Below are positions 1-10,483 of a DNA stretch of 64,000 nt, piece after piece. Each line of letters starts with the position of its first letter. Within the stretch, counting starts at the first letter, position 1. The stretch comes from Nitrospirota bacterium (GTDB lineage: Bacteria > Nitrospirota > Thermodesulfovibrionia > UBA6902): assembly GCA_016213945.1 (NCBI GenBank), contig JACQZF010000029.1, forward strand, positions 3,981-67,980. The letters are read 5' to 3'. Made by a program: the position numbers and the translations under genes. The notes beneath the pieces are model-generated. The model was not told where the DNA came from. It made no database searches and saw nothing but the letters and a program-made list of their open reading frames with translations.

Positions 1-118
1 ATATCAGTTCACCTCCCTCTCGATAAGATTACGAATAATATACATTTTATCAACGGGTTAAAGCAAGGGTCAAACCATTTTTTTCTTTAAAGAATTTAAA
101 ACGGATAAAAGGAAAAAG

Positions 119-469
119 TTATTTTGCTATCCGGTTTTTTTCATCAAGCTTAATAATGACAGGAGCAAAATCCTTAATCTCGTTTTCTGCATAATAACCG
201 TAGGAAAAGATTATTATGATATCGCCTACTGTGCCTTTCCTCGCCGTAGGGCCATTAAGGCAGATGATCCCGGAATTTCTTTTGCCGGGGATTACATAAG
301 TCTCAAACCTCTCACCATTGTTAAGATTGCTGATCATTACCTGCTCATACGGTTTTATGTCGGTAGCGTCGAGCAACGCCTCATCCACGGTCAGGCTTCC
401 TTCATAAGCAATATTTGATTCCGTGACAGTTGCTCTGTGTATTTTAGCTCTGAGTATACATCTTAACAT
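119..469 (-). CDS. panD: Aspartate 1-decarboxylase proenzyme
   Basis: KIHRATVT, YEGSLTVD (G-S self-cleavage site), NGERFETY, LNGPTAR motifs. Confidence 0.96.
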   Translation of the reverse strand: MLRCILRAKIHRATVTESNIAYEGSLTVDEALLDATDIKPYEQVMISNLNNGERFETYVIPGKRNSGIICLNGPTARKGTVGDIIIIFSYGYYAENEIKDFAPVIIKLDEKNRIAK

Positions 470-482
470 GGTGCCTCCGTTG

Positions 483-755
483 TCATTCGATTATCTTAGG
501 CACTCTGTAAAAACTCTCGTCTTTATCGGGGGCATTCTGCAGGGCGTTTTCCCGCGGGAGAGAGGCGGTCAAGCTGTCTTCCCTGAGGACATTTTTCACT
601 GAAAGCACATGGGCCGTAGGCTCAACGCTCGTTGTGTCAAGTTCGTTCAGTTTATTTATGTAGTCAATGATACTGCCGACCTGTCTGGAGAAAAGTTCTT
701 CTTCATGCGTTGTAAGCTTCAGCCTTGCGAGCATGGCTATATGTTCAATCTTCAT
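483..755 (-). CDS. gatC: Asp/Glu-tRNA amidotransferase subunit C
   Basis: HIAMLARL, LNELDT..VEPT, NAP...YRVPKII; 90 aa. Confidence 0.95.
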   Translation of the reverse strand: MKIEHIAMLARLKLTTHEEELFSRQVGSIIDYINKLNELDTTSVEPTAHVLSVKNVLREDSLTASLPRENALQNAPDKDESFYRVPKIIE

Positions 756-2863
756 TATATCTTTTCAAGGTTGGCGAATTTAAGGGAAAGCCTTTTCATG
801 CCAACGGACGGAAAGTTTACTGTAACTTTTAAATCATCAGTCTCGCCGTAACTGTCTCTCACGACTCCTATTCCCCACTTGGGGTGTTTTACCCTCGAAC
901 CCGTTACAAACGGAGATACGTTCAACAGCTTGGACGGCACCTTAACAACATTCGAAGTGAATACGTCAGCTCTTGGCCTTTTCTGAATTAAGCAGTAGCA
1001 TGCTTCAGGTATGTCGGAAAGGAATCTCGACGGCTGCTGCTCCTGCACGGAAGTATATAAGCGTCTTTTCTTGGCGGCTGTTAAAAAGAGACGGTCCTGC
1101 GCCCTTGTGATACCGACGTAAAATAGTCTCCGTTCTTCGGCAAGCTCATCTTTGTCATTAATGGCATGAAAATGCGGTACAAGCCCGTCTTCAAACCCTG
1201 CAATAAATACCACGGGAAATTCAAGCCCCTTGGCGCAATGAAGTGTCATAAGAGAGACAGTGCTGTCATCGCTTACTTCGTCAGTGCCGCTGTAAAGCGA
1301 GGCGGTATCAATAAAGCTCCTTATATCCTTGCCTTCGGTAAAGTTCACAAGCTCCATCACATTCCCAGCTCTCTCTTCCCCGACCCACTCGAGATACCCG
1401 GTTTTTTCAAAGATCAATTTCAAAAGTTCAGGCAGGGCAATATCTTCATGAGCGATCAATTCATCCATGATACAGACAAAGCCGCTCAGTTTGTCCTTTA
1501 AGGCAGTTGTATATGCGCTGCTTTTTACAATATGTTTCATTGTCCTGTAAAGACTCTCTTCTCTCTTGCGAGCTTCATTCTCCACCCTCACAACGGTTGC
1601 GTCTCCGATCTGACGCGCTGGACAATTAACGATCCTTTTGAGACTGACGGAGTCATCCGGATTGGCGATAACCCTCAAGTAGGAAATAATGTCTTTAACC
1701 TCTTTCCGGTGAAAGAAACTTATTCCCCCGTAGATGCGGTACGGCAGGTTATTTTCCCTCAACGCCTCTTCCATGACCCGTGACTGCTGATTCACCCTGT
1801 AGAGAATGGCGATGTCTTTATAGGAATACTTGCCCATCAGATACAATTCTTTAATAGTCTGGGCTATGTATCTTGCTTCCTCCACCTCATTGCTTGCAGT
1901 GCAGTAAAATATTTTCTCGCCTTCGCCCCGGTCTGTCCAGAGCTTCTTGTGCATCCTTGCGGGATTTTGCGCGATGATGCTTCCGGCTATGTTGAGTATA
2001 TTTTGCGTGGACCTGTAATTCTGTTCAAGGCGTATGACTTTTGACTTTGAGTAATCCTTTTTAAAGCTGTGGATATTCTTTACTTCAGCGCCCCTGAATT
2101 TGTAAATGCTCTGGTCGTCGTCTCCCACGACACAGATGTTTTTATGTTTTGAGGCAAAGAGCCTTGCGAGCCGGTACTGTGATGTGTTGGTGTCCTGAAA
2201 CTCATCGATCATCAGATGCGAAAATTCATTTTGATATTTCTTCAGCACCGCAGGATGTTTTTCACACAGTTTTACGCACAGCATTATAAGGTCGTCAAAG
2301 TCGAGGGCGTTATTTTTCTTAAGTTCGTCCTGATATCTCACATAAACCCTTGCGAATTTTTCGTCAAAACCATAACTGTCTTCATTGGCAAGCAGTTCTT
2401 CCGGGCCAACCAAAGATGCCTTCAGGGAAGATATCTTTGACAAAATGCCTTTATAAAGGGCTTCATGAATCTTAAACTCTTTTAATATTGAGCGGACCAG
2501 GTTGCCTGAATCATCCTCGTCATAGATGCAGAAATCTTTCCGGTAACCAAGCTGTTCAATCTCTTTTCTCAAAATCCTTGCGGACAATGAATGAAACGTA
2601 CCGATCCACAGACCCTTTGTGCTCTTTCCCGTAAGGGATTCTATCCTTCCCCTCATCTCGTCGGCCGCCTTGTTTGTAAATGTCATTGACAGTATGGACT
2701 GAGGATGAACCTTCTGCGCAGTTGTAAGATGCGCAAAACGATGCGTAATAACCTTCGTCTTTCCGCTTCCCGCCCCCGCAAGGACGAGAAGGGGACCGTC
2801 AGTGTGAAGGACCGCTTCTTTTTGTTGAGGATTAAGATCGTTTAGTAACACCTGTCTTGTCAT
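755..2863 (-). CDS. pcrA: PcrA/UvrD SF1 DNA helicase with C-terminal Tudor-like domain
   Basis: LNPQQ, AGAGSGKT, DEFQDTN, VGDDDQSIY, LEQNYRS, KGLEFP, EERRLFYVGITRA; C-terminal RVKHPKWGIG. Confidence 0.93.
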   Translation of the reverse strand: MTRQVLLNDLNPQQKEAVLHTDGPLLVLAGAGSGKTKVITHRFAHLTTAQKVHPQSILSMTFTNKAADEMRGRIESLTGKSTKGLWIGTFHSLSARILRKEIEQLGYRKDFCIYDEDDSGNLVRSILKEFKIHEALYKGILSKISSLKASLVGPEELLANEDSYGFDEKFARVYVRYQDELKKNNALDFDDLIMLCVKLCEKHPAVLKKYQNEFSHLMIDEFQDTNTSQYRLARLFASKHKNICVVGDDDQSIYKFRGAEVKNIHSFKKDYSKSKVIRLEQNYRSTQNILNIAGSIIAQNPARMHKKLWTDRGEGEKIFYCTASNEVEEARYIAQTIKELYLMGKYSYKDIAILYRVNQQSRVMEEALRENNLPYRIYGGISFFHRKEVKDIISYLRVIANPDDSVSLKRIVNCPARQIGDATVVRVENEARKREESLYRTMKHIVKSSAYTTALKDKLSGFVCIMDELIAHEDIALPELLKLIFEKTGYLEWVGEERAGNVMELVNFTEGKDIRSFIDTASLYSGTDEVSDDSTVSLMTLHCAKGLEFPVVFIAGFEDGLVPHFHAINDKDELAEERRLFYVGITRAQDRLFLTAAKKRRLYTSVQEQQPSRFLSDIPEACYCLIQKRPRADVFTSNVVKVPSKLLNVSPFVTGSRVKHPKWGIGVVRDSYGETDDLKVTVNFPSVGMKRLSLKFANLEKI

Positions 2864-3114
2864 CGTATCCCCTTATGGTGAAATATATATAATGTGTAAA
2901 ACAAACTGCAGACCGTACAACTTACCTTGATAATTATATCATAGATTAGCGATAAAATTGTTACATCGTTATCAGGTAATTGAGAAAACTTATATAAAAT
3001 GAATTCTCAAAGATATTTAAGCTGTTAAATGTTTAGCGAGCGAATGAAAAAATTATAATTCATTGCATTAAGATTCCCAGCGGGGGAATCTTAAATACCT
3101 TTGATTCGTTTTTT

Positions 3115-3173
3115 TGTCATGCCGGCTTGTCGGGAATCTTTCTTTAGAGAGAGATTCCCGACAAGCGGGAATG
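3115..3173. repeat. Intergenic palindromic repeat family A (GTCATT.CGGCTTGTC.GGAATC...GATTCCCGACAAGCGGGAATGAC), copy 1
   Basis: tgtcatgccggcttgtcgggaatc...gattcccgacaagcgggaatga; same arms recur 7 more times in the window. Confidence 0.9.
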
Positions 3174-3193
3174 AAAATGTTTGCTATGGAATC

Positions 3194-5026
3194 TTACTCG
3201 ACCGTTACGCTTTTTGCGAGGTTCCTCGGCTGATCTACATTGCATTTTCTCAGCACCGCCATGTGATAAGCAAGCAGATGAAGCGGGATCGAGAAAATAA
3301 TGGGTGTCAGATAGTAATTTGTCTTCGGCATAGACAATACATGCGAGGCATGTGAAAGGACTTTGGTATTTCCCTCTGTCGCCACGGCTATCACTTTTCC
3401 ACCTCGGCTCTTGACCTCTTCCATGTTTGAAATTATCTTTTCAAAAACATTGTCGTCAGGCGCCAGCGCGAGCACGGGCATATCATTATCAATAAGGGCT
3501 ATGGGGCCGTGCTTCATTTCCCCGGCGGGATAGCCCTCTGCGTGAATGTATGAGATTTCTTTCAGTTTCAAAGCGCCCTCAAGCGCAATAGGGTAATTTA
3601 TCCCCCTGCCTAAATATAGGAAATCCCGCACCTGGCAAAATTTCCTGGCTATCTTTAAAACAGCGCTGTTACACTGAAGGGCCTTTCCAACTTTTTCAGG
3701 CAGCAGCAGCAATTCATTAAACAGTTTCTTTACTTCACGGGAATGAAGTTTCCCCTTAGCCTTTGCAAGCGCTATCGAAAAAAGATAAAGCCCCGTCAAT
3801 TGAGTAGTAAATGCCTTTGTCGAGGCCACGCCGATCTCAGGGCCTGAATGTGTGTAAAATACGCTGTCAGCCTCTCTTGCCGAGGTGCTGTCTACCACGT
3901 TGCAGATAGTAAGGACCCTGGCCCCTAATTTTTTTGACTCCTTCTGGGCCGCCAGAGTGTCAGCGGTCTCTCCCGATTGTGTTATGACGATAACAAGGCT
4001 GCCTTTTGGGATGAAAGGTTTTCTGTATCTGAACTCGGACGCGATATCAACCTCACACGGCACTCTTGCCATGTCTTCGATCATGTATTTTCCAATGAGG
4101 GCGGAATGCCATGATGTGCCGCAGGCAACAAGGAATATCTTGTTCAGATTTTTTAAAGCGCTCTCCTTCATGGAAAACTCATCGAGATTGACTTCGCCCT
4201 TTCCAACTGAAAATCTTCCCCTGATCGTATCAGCGATGGCCCTCGGCTGTTCAAATATTTCCTTGAGCATGAAATGTTTGTAGCCGCCTTTTTCCGCCAT
4301 CGAAGGGCTCCACGAGATCTTTGAGGGCACTTTCTTTAAAGGTTTTTTGGTTTGAACATTGGAGAATGAAACGCCCTGGTGCGTAAGCATCGCCATGTCG
4401 CCGTTTTCAAGGATCACCACGTTCTTTGTATATTTAAGAAATGCCGGGATGTCCGAGGCTATAAAAAATTCCCCGTCGCCTGTGCCCACTACAAGAGGGC
4501 TGTCCTTTTTCACGGCTATGATCTTGTCCGGCTCTTTCTCATTTATGATCCCGACTGCGTAGGCGCCCTCCACGTGTTTCAATGCCTCTCGCGTTGCGTC
4601 CTCAAAACCAAGGCCCTTTTGCGCGTATCTGTTTATGAGGTGGCAGATGACCTCTGTATCGGTCTCGGAAGTAAAGACGTGTCCCTTTTTCTTCAGTTCC
4701 TCTCTCAGCTCGAAATAATTTTCTATGATCCCGTTATGCACGAGGACGATGCCTCCTGCCCGGTGAGGATGCGCGTTTTCTTCAGAGGGCCTGCCATGTG
4801 TCGCCCATCTGGTGTGTCCAAGGCCTATGACGCTTTTGAGGTTCTCATTTTTAATGGAGGCCTCAAGGTCCCTGATCTTGCCGGCGCAGCGCCTTACCTC
4901 TATCTTGTCATTTCTGAAAAATGCTATACCCGCGGAATCGTATCCTCGATATTCGAGACGTTTGAGCCCGTTAATAAGGACCGGTATAGAGTTTTTTTTG
5001 CCTATGTAACCGATTATTCCACACAT
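3194..5026 (-). CDS. glmS: Glutamine-fructose-6-phosphate aminotransferase
   Basis: N-terminal MCGIIG, LEYRGYDSAG, GHTRWATHG, C-terminal DQPRNLAKSVTVE. Confidence 0.98.
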   Translation of the reverse strand: MCGIIGYIGKKNSIPVLINGLKRLEYRGYDSAGIAFFRNDKIEVRRCAGKIRDLEASIKNENLKSVIGLGHTRWATHGRPSEENAHPHRAGGIVLVHNGIIENYFELREELKKKGHVFTSETDTEVICHLINRYAQKGLGFEDATREALKHVEGAYAVGIINEKEPDKIIAVKKDSPLVVGTGDGEFFIASDIPAFLKYTKNVVILENGDMAMLTHQGVSFSNVQTKKPLKKVPSKISWSPSMAEKGGYKHFMLKEIFEQPRAIADTIRGRFSVGKGEVNLDEFSMKESALKNLNKIFLVACGTSWHSALIGKYMIEDMARVPCEVDIASEFRYRKPFIPKGSLVIVITQSGETADTLAAQKESKKLGARVLTICNVVDSTSAREADSVFYTHSGPEIGVASTKAFTTQLTGLYLFSIALAKAKGKLHSREVKKLFNELLLLPEKVGKALQCNSAVLKIARKFCQVRDFLYLGRGINYPIALEGALKLKEISYIHAEGYPAGEMKHGPIALIDNDMPVLALAPDDNVFEKIISNMEEVKSRGGKVIAVATEGNTKVLSHASHVLSMPKTNYYLTPIIFSIPLHLLAYHMAVLRKCNVDQPRNLAKSVTVE

Positions 5027-5032
5027 AATAAA

Positions 5033-5067
5033 GTAGTCAGTAGTCAGTAGTTAGTAAACAGTAGTCA
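5033..5067. repeat. 7-mer tandem repeat (TAGTCAG)n
   Basis: gtagtcagtagtcagtagttagtaaacagtagtc between glmU and glmS. Confidence 0.7.
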
Positions 5068-5096
5068 AAGACAATCCCTCAACTGCCTGTTGCAAA

Positions 5097-6488
5097 CTAC
5101 TTGCTACTTTTTTCTCCTTTCGCTTTTAACTGTTTCTGCTTTACCCAGCCCACAAGGTTTTGCTGTTTGCTTCTGCTTATTGCGAGTGAGCCTGCCGGGA
5201 CATCTTTTGTTACAGTAGCTCCGGCTGCTACATACGCGCCCTTTCCAATTTTAACAGGCGCGACAAGCTGGGAGTCGCTTCCTATAAATACCCCGTTCTC
5301 AATAACAGTGGTAAATTTATTCTTCCCGTCATAATTACAGGTGATAGTGCCTGCTCCTATATTAACATCTTTGCCGACAACAGCATCTCCGAGGTATGTC
5401 AGGTGAGACGCCTTTGTCCCGTTGCCGATGTTAGATTTTTTCACTTCTACGAAATTACCTATCTTTACATCGCGGCCAATCACACTGTTGGGCCTGAGAT
5501 GCGCAAAAGGCCCGATCGTGCTTCCATTGCCTACTCTGCTTTTTTCAATAAGAGAGTTGTCCTTGACTGTAACTCCGTCACCGAGAACGCTTTCAGAGAT
5601 CCTCGCTCCCGGATATATAACGCAATTCTTACCAATCCTTGTTTTGTCCTCGAGGTAAGTGTTCGGATAAATGACCGTGTCCCTGCCAATAGTCACAGAT
5701 GGATGAACGAATGCTGTATCGGGGTCAATGAATGTAACACCGTTTTCCATCCACTTAACAATTATCCTTCTTTTTATAATGTCTGAAATTTTGTACAGTT
5801 CTTCCCTGTTATTCACTCCGCTTATCTCCTCCGCAGGACAGACATATGCCTCAAGCCTCTTGCCTGCCCTGGAGACAATCCCGACGATGTCGGTGAGATA
5901 ATATTCGCCTGAGGAACTGTTCATTTTAATCCTGTCGAGATGTTTCAGGACATCAGTCTCCATCACATAAACGCCGCCGTTTAATTCTTTAAACTTAATT
6001 TTTTCCTCAGGTGTGGCGTGTTTATCTTCCACAATGCCCGTGACCCTGCCTTTTTCATCGCGCAGGACCCTGCCATAGCCGGGCATTGAATCATCAATAA
6101 AAGTCAAAAAAGACAGGACATTTTTATTCCGCCTGTGATTTGTCAGCAGCCCTTTCAATGTCTTTGTGGTTATAAGGGGACAGTCTCCGTTAAGAACAAG
6201 GACCGTGCCTTTTTTCAATTCCTTTTTAGCGGTTGAAACAGCGTCCCCGGTGCCGAGAAGTTTTTCCTGCACAACAAATGACAGGTGATCTTCGCCATTC
6301 ATTCGTTTCTTAACGGCTTCAGCGCCGTTGCCGATGACCACTACGGTTTTTTGAGGCTTCAGAGGTTTAACTGCATCAATTGTGTATTGAAGCATAGGCC
6401 TTCCCAATGCCTCATGAAGGACTTTGGGCAGAAGGGATTTCATCCTCTTCCCTTTGCCCGCTGCAAGTATAACTACCGACAGGTTCAT
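5097..6488 (-). CDS. glmU: Bifunctional UDP-GlcNAc pyrophosphorylase / GlcN-1-P acetyltransferase
   Basis: LAAGKGKRMKS..PKVLH, GEYYLTD, hexapeptide repeats, GNFVEVKK, CNYDG. Confidence 0.98.
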   Translation of the reverse strand: MNLSVVILAAGKGKRMKSLLPKVLHEALGRPMLQYTIDAVKPLKPQKTVVVIGNGAEAVKKRMNGEDHLSFVVQEKLLGTGDAVSTAKKELKKGTVLVLNGDCPLITTKTLKGLLTNHRRNKNVLSFLTFIDDSMPGYGRVLRDEKGRVTGIVEDKHATPEEKIKFKELNGGVYVMETDVLKHLDRIKMNSSSGEYYLTDIVGIVSRAGKRLEAYVCPAEEISGVNNREELYKISDIIKRRIIVKWMENGVTFIDPDTAFVHPSVTIGRDTVIYPNTYLEDKTRIGKNCVIYPGARISESVLGDGVTVKDNSLIEKSRVGNGSTIGPFAHLRPNSVIGRDVKIGNFVEVKKSNIGNGTKASHLTYLGDAVVGKDVNIGAGTITCNYDGKNKFTTVIENGVFIGSDSQLVAPVKIGKGAYVAAGATVTKDVPAGSLAISRSKQQNLVGWVKQKQLKAKGEKSSK

Positions 6489-6589
6489 TTGAATATGATA
6501 ATCTTTTATCGCCTTGTTTGCAATTTAGTTAGTTGTCCCGCTTTACTGTGTATTAATTCGGCAGTTTTATTAAGCATCTTAATCCCAAC

Positions 6590-7691
6590 TTACATTTGCA
6601 CATATTCCTTCAGCAATGCCGGATACATAAGAGGATTGAACAGGATGTTTGTCATGAAATAACATTCATGCGTGCAATAGCAGCTTTTGTTCTGAATTGA
6701 TTGCAGGACCTTCTGCGCCCCGCTGTCTTTCAATATTTCTCTCAGATCGTAACCGCTGTCCCTCACATTTCCCATTTTCATATTAAATGATTCGCAGGGA
6801 TAGACATCTCCTGTCTCTGTCAGGACAAGGTTTAACTTCCCCGCGTAGCAGGGTATCAACTGTTTCTTCCGGGCCATTGTCTCATAGATCAAACTGCGCT
6901 GAAGTATGTCCTGTGCGGCTTTTAGCTTTGCCCCTTTGAAACTGTAGATGCCGGAAACTTTTTTCTTCAGGTTTGCTGCCAGCCTGTCAATGGTTTTGTG
7001 GTACTTTTCAATGTCAACCTCTTTCAGCCCTTTATCGGAAACACTTCCCCTTATTAGCGACACCGTGTGGGTCCTGACCTTGTCCAGCCCGTTTACAAAG
7101 TCAATAAGTTCATCAATATGGCGCTGGTTGTTCATCAATATGGCGCTGGTTCGCGGAACAAAAAACCGTATTTATGCCGAGGTCGAAATTCGGGTATGCG
7201 TCAAGCAATTCACCAAGGACTTTGTATGTTTGCAGGGTCTTCTGAAAACTTCCCTTCATTCCCCTTATCGAATCATGCATATCTTCCAGTCCCTCCATGG
7301 AAAGCTTCACGACTATCGTGCTTTTTTTGCAGTGTTTCAGTATCGCCTCGACCTTCTCTCTGATCACATCGGTGAGCAGTCCGTTGGTCGGGAAGAGGAT
7401 TATCGCAGGCTTGTTTCTTTCATAAAACACCTTTGTGATCTCCACTATGTCATCCCTCAGAAATATTTCGCCTCCTGAGAATGCGAGCCAGAGCAGGCTG
7501 CCAAGAGATGAAGATATTTTTTCAATTTCACCGAGGGACAATTCAGGCAGATTTTCTTTCTTCTCTTTCCCTGAAATATAAAAACAGAAGGGGCATCTGA
7601 GATTGCATCTTCTGGTGAGGAAGAAGGTCAATTGAATTGGGCTTCGCTTCCAGAAGACTGAACCGATATGGCGAAAAGGAGAGTAGGACAT
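6590..7691 (-). pseudogene. Radical SAM/SPASM(twitch) protein split by a 22-bp tandem duplication
   Basis: CNLRCPFC and SGGEIFLR in the 5' ORF; CYAGK..GDVYPCE..CYCTHEC in the 3' ORF; both ORFs contain NQRHIDE because gttcatcaatatggcgctggtt is duplicated (7108-7129, 7130-7151). Confidence 0.85.
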
Positions 7692-7692
7692 A

Positions 7693-8808
7693 TTAATATC
7701 CACAGATCGCGCAGATTAAAAAAGACATCTGTGTAAATTCGCGTAATCTGCGGCCCTTGAAATATTCAATCGCTCCCGCAATTGCTCCGGTCCCGACCGG
7801 AAGGGGATAGAGCATACTGTAGTATATAAAAGCCTGCACGGCGAATAAAATGCCCCCTGTCTCAAAAAACGCCTTTAACAATCTCCTGCTTATAAATGCA
7901 TTCAAAATGAAGATGAGAAGCAGAACGAACAATAAAGCAGGCTGTTGTAAAACCGCTGTCACGAGCAAAGTTATCACGCTCAGAAGATATGAAGCAACAT
8001 CGGTCTTTAATTCTACCGAGGCTGTGCCGGAGTCTGTGAGCAGGTCTTTGTTTTTCAACGAATACATGTTCCAGTATTTGGATTTCCTGTAAGCGTTCTT
8101 CAACGATCTAAGGAGAGAAAAATTAAATATGTGCTGCACCTGAATGTCAGGCTCCATAACAAGCCTGCATCCCATACTTCTCAGCCTGTGGCTGAACTCT
8201 ACGTCTTCGATAATCGGCAGAAAAACTTCAGGAAAGCCGCCGCTCATTTTAAAGATCTCCGCGTCAATTATCATTGCGTGGGCGGCGATATAATCGGGGT
8301 CCTCAATGTTTTTGGTCTCGGAATAATTTATGTATACAGACTGAAAGATGCTGAAGAAATTTCTGTCATAGGGCATCCGGGTGTATGTGCCTCCGATTAA
8401 TAATCCCCCTGTATCCCCCTTTTTCAAAGGGGGAATTCCTTCCTTACTCCTCCCCTTATCTAAGGGGAGGCCGGGTGGGGTTATGGGGTGTGAAGACACG
8501 AATGCCCTGTTTGCAATCGCCAGCGTATCTTTCTGAAAGATGCAGTCTGCGTCGGTGAAGAAGATGATCTCGCCGCTGCTGTTCTCTGCCCCGGTATTGC
8601 GCGCTTTTGATGTCCCTGAGCGTTTTTCAAGGCTGATGAGTTTGCAGGGAAACTTTCTTATGATCTCAACGGACCCGTCTTCTGAACGGTCATCAACAAC
8701 GATGACTTCAAAGTTCTTATATCGGGAGGCAAATATGGACTCAAGACATTTGCCTATAGTCGCGGCCTTATTGTAATTCGGGATGACTACGGAGATACTT
8801 TTTTCCAT
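7693..8808 (-). CDS. GT2 family glycosyltransferase with C-terminal membrane helices
   Basis: ISVVIPNYN, VVDDRSEDGS, ARNTG, FTDADC, EDVEF; carries an in-frame repeat insertion at 8402-8482. Confidence 0.9.
   Translation of the reverse strand: MEKSISVVIPNYNKAATIGKCLESIFASRYKNFEVIVVDDRSEDGSVEIIRKFPCKLISLEKRSGTSKARNTGAENSSGEIIFFTDADCIFQKDTLAIANRAFVSSHPITPPGLPLDKGRSKEGIPPLKKGDTGGLLIGGTYTRMPYDRNFFSIFQSVYINYSETKNIEDPDYIAAHAMIIDAEIFKMSGGFPEVFLPIIEDVEFSHRLRSMGCRLVMEPDIQVQHIFNFSLLRSLKNAYRKSKYWNMYSLKNKDLLTDSGTASVELKTDVASYLLSVITLLVTAVLQQPALLFVLLLIFILNAFISRRLLKAFFETGGILFAVQAFIYYSMLYPLPVGTGAIAGAIEYFKGRRLREFTQMSFLICAICGY
7698..7753. repeat. CGCAGAT/ATCTGCG tandem-palindromic repeat overlapping the GT2 3' end
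   Basis: atccacagatcgcgcagatt...atctgtgtaaattcgcgtaatctgcgg; related copy at 37612-37689. Confidence 0.75.
8402..8482. repeat. Coding-embedded double-hairpin repeat family B, copy 1
   Basis: aatccccctgtatccccctttttcaaaggggga...cctccccttatctaaggggaggccgggtggggtt; closely similar to 47244-47330. Confidence 0.9.
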
Positions 8809-8861
8809 TTCGATTGTTTTATTATAATATACCTTAAGAAAGGCTGAAAAAGGAGAGAAGA

Positions 8862-9131
8862 ATGGCTAAAAAAATAGCGGTACTCGTCAGGGACAGAAAG
8901 CCTGAGGCATTGAGGATGGCGGTCGGGGCCACGCTTGCAAATGATCAGGTAACTGTATTTGTAATGGATGATGAGCTTGAGGAAGATGATGAGATATCGC
9001 TAAACCTGGAGATGTTGAGCTCTTTAAGGGCCCGGATAATCTCCAATAACAAAAAGAACAATTTTGAACAGAAGACCACAGAAGAGATCGCCGCGATGCT
9101 CGCAGAATACGATGTCATAATCCCTTATTGA
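8862..9131 (+). CDS. Small DsrE/DsrF-like protein
   Basis: EALRMAVG..L and AEYDVIIPY, typical of DsrE/F-fold small proteins; GGAG RBS. Confidence 0.6.
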   Translation: MAKKIAVLVRDRKPEALRMAVGATLANDQVTVFVMDDELEEDDEISLNLEMLSSLRARIISNNKKNNFEQKTTEEIAAMLAEYDVIIPY

Positions 9132-9213
9132 TTACAGTTCTCAGCCGTCAACTCATTGACAAATTGCGCATATAATTCTAAATTATAATCAACCTAAAAA
9201 ATTCGAGGTATCA

Positions 9214-10482
9214 ATGCTCAATAAAGTAGAAGCACTATCGCCGACAACAAAAAGGCTCCAGATCAATATCCCGCCGGACGTCATCAAGTCCGAGACGGAC
9301 AGCGTTTACAGCAAACTAAGGACGACTACCAGGATACCGGGCTTCAGGCCTGGCAAGGTCCCCCAGGCCATTCTTGAAAAGAGGTTTAGCAAGAACGTTG
9401 AAGCCGAGGTCATAGAAAAGATCGTACCCAGGTATTATCTGGAGGCCCTCAAGGAGGCGAATTTAGAGCCGGTCAGCTATCCCAACATAGACGATAAAAT
9501 AGAGATCGTGCCGGGGCAGCCGCTTTCATTCAGTGTGACAGTGGAGGTAAAGCCGGAAATTGGGGATATAAAATATGAAGGCATCGTGCTGAGAGAAAAG
9601 GCCGTCATAATTGAAGAAGAGGATGTGGAAAAAACCCTTAAACTGATGCAGGAAAGCAAGGCCTTGTTTACGGTTACTGAAGAAGCGTTGAATGAAGACG
9701 ACATGGCCATCATCGATTGCAATGCCTTTGTTGATGGTAATGAGCTCAAGGAAATGTCATACAAGGAATATCCCATGCTCCTTGGCCCTGATGCAATGCC
9801 CAGGGAATTTGTGAGCGCCCTGATCGGCAAGAAGAAAGGCGATACTGTTGAGGCGAAGATAACCATGGAGCAGGACAATCCGAACAAGGCCATTGCGGGA
9901 AAAGAGGTTTTATTTAAAATAAATATTACAGAGGCCAAGAAGAAAAATGTTCCGCCCCTGGATGATGAATTTGCAAAGGAAGCCGAATGCGGCAGCCTTG
10001 ATGAGCTGAAAAACAGGGTCCGCGAAAATCTCTCCGCCAGAAAGAAAAGCCAGATAAACCTGGAATACAAAAAAGACATCCTGAACGAGTTGATTAATAA
10101 ACATGCTTTTGACATCCCGGACTCTATGCTGCATGGTGAGATCGAATCCCTTATCTACCAGGCAAAGCAGAATGCGGAGAGAAAGGGCGAGGCCATAACA
10201 ACCCCTGAAGAAGAATTGAAAAGGCAATATGAAGTAACCGCAAAAGAAAACGTCAAGGGCGTGCTCCTTCTTGAGGCAATCGGCAGGCAGGCACACATTG
10301 AGGTAAGCGATGCCGATGTTAAAGAAGCGGTCGGCGAGATCGCAGCCCGTAACGGCCTGAAACCCGAAGAGGTGATGCGGCTTTACAGTATGAGAGAAGG
10401 CTCAATGGACGCCATGAAAAGCAGGCTGTTCGCGGACAAGGTCCTCGAATTTATCTTAGGCAAAGCTACGATAGAAAATTAA
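9214..10482 (+). CDS. tig: Trigger factor
   Basis: [10 protein letters not shown] ribosome-binding motif, LDDEFAK; upstream of clpP-clpX. Confidence 0.96.
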   Translation: MLNKVEALSPTTKRLQINIPPDVIKSETDSVYSKLRTTTRIPGFRPGKVPQAILEKRFSKNVEAEVIEKIVPRYYLEALKEANLEPVSYPNIDDKIEIVPGQPLSFSVTVEVKPEIGDIKYEGIVLREKAVIIEEEDVEKTLKLMQESKALFTVTEEALNEDDMAIIDCNAFVDGNELKEMSYKEYPMLLGPDAMPREFVSALIGKKKGDTVEAKITMEQDNPNKAIAGKEVLFKINITEAKKKNVPPLDDEFAKEAECGSLDELKNRVRENLSARKKSQINLEYKKDILNELINKHAFDIPDSMLHGEIESLIYQAKQNAERKGEAITTPEEELKRQYEVTAKENVKGVLLLEAIGRQAHIEVSDADVKEAVGEIAARNGLKPEEVMRLYSMREGSMDAMKSRLFADKVLEFILGKATIEN

Positions 10483-10483
10483 C

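Noticed and set aside
5027-5096. glmS ribozyme upstream of glmS
   Set aside because: The spacer is only 70 bp and largely a 7-mer repeat; no ribozyme core is visible.
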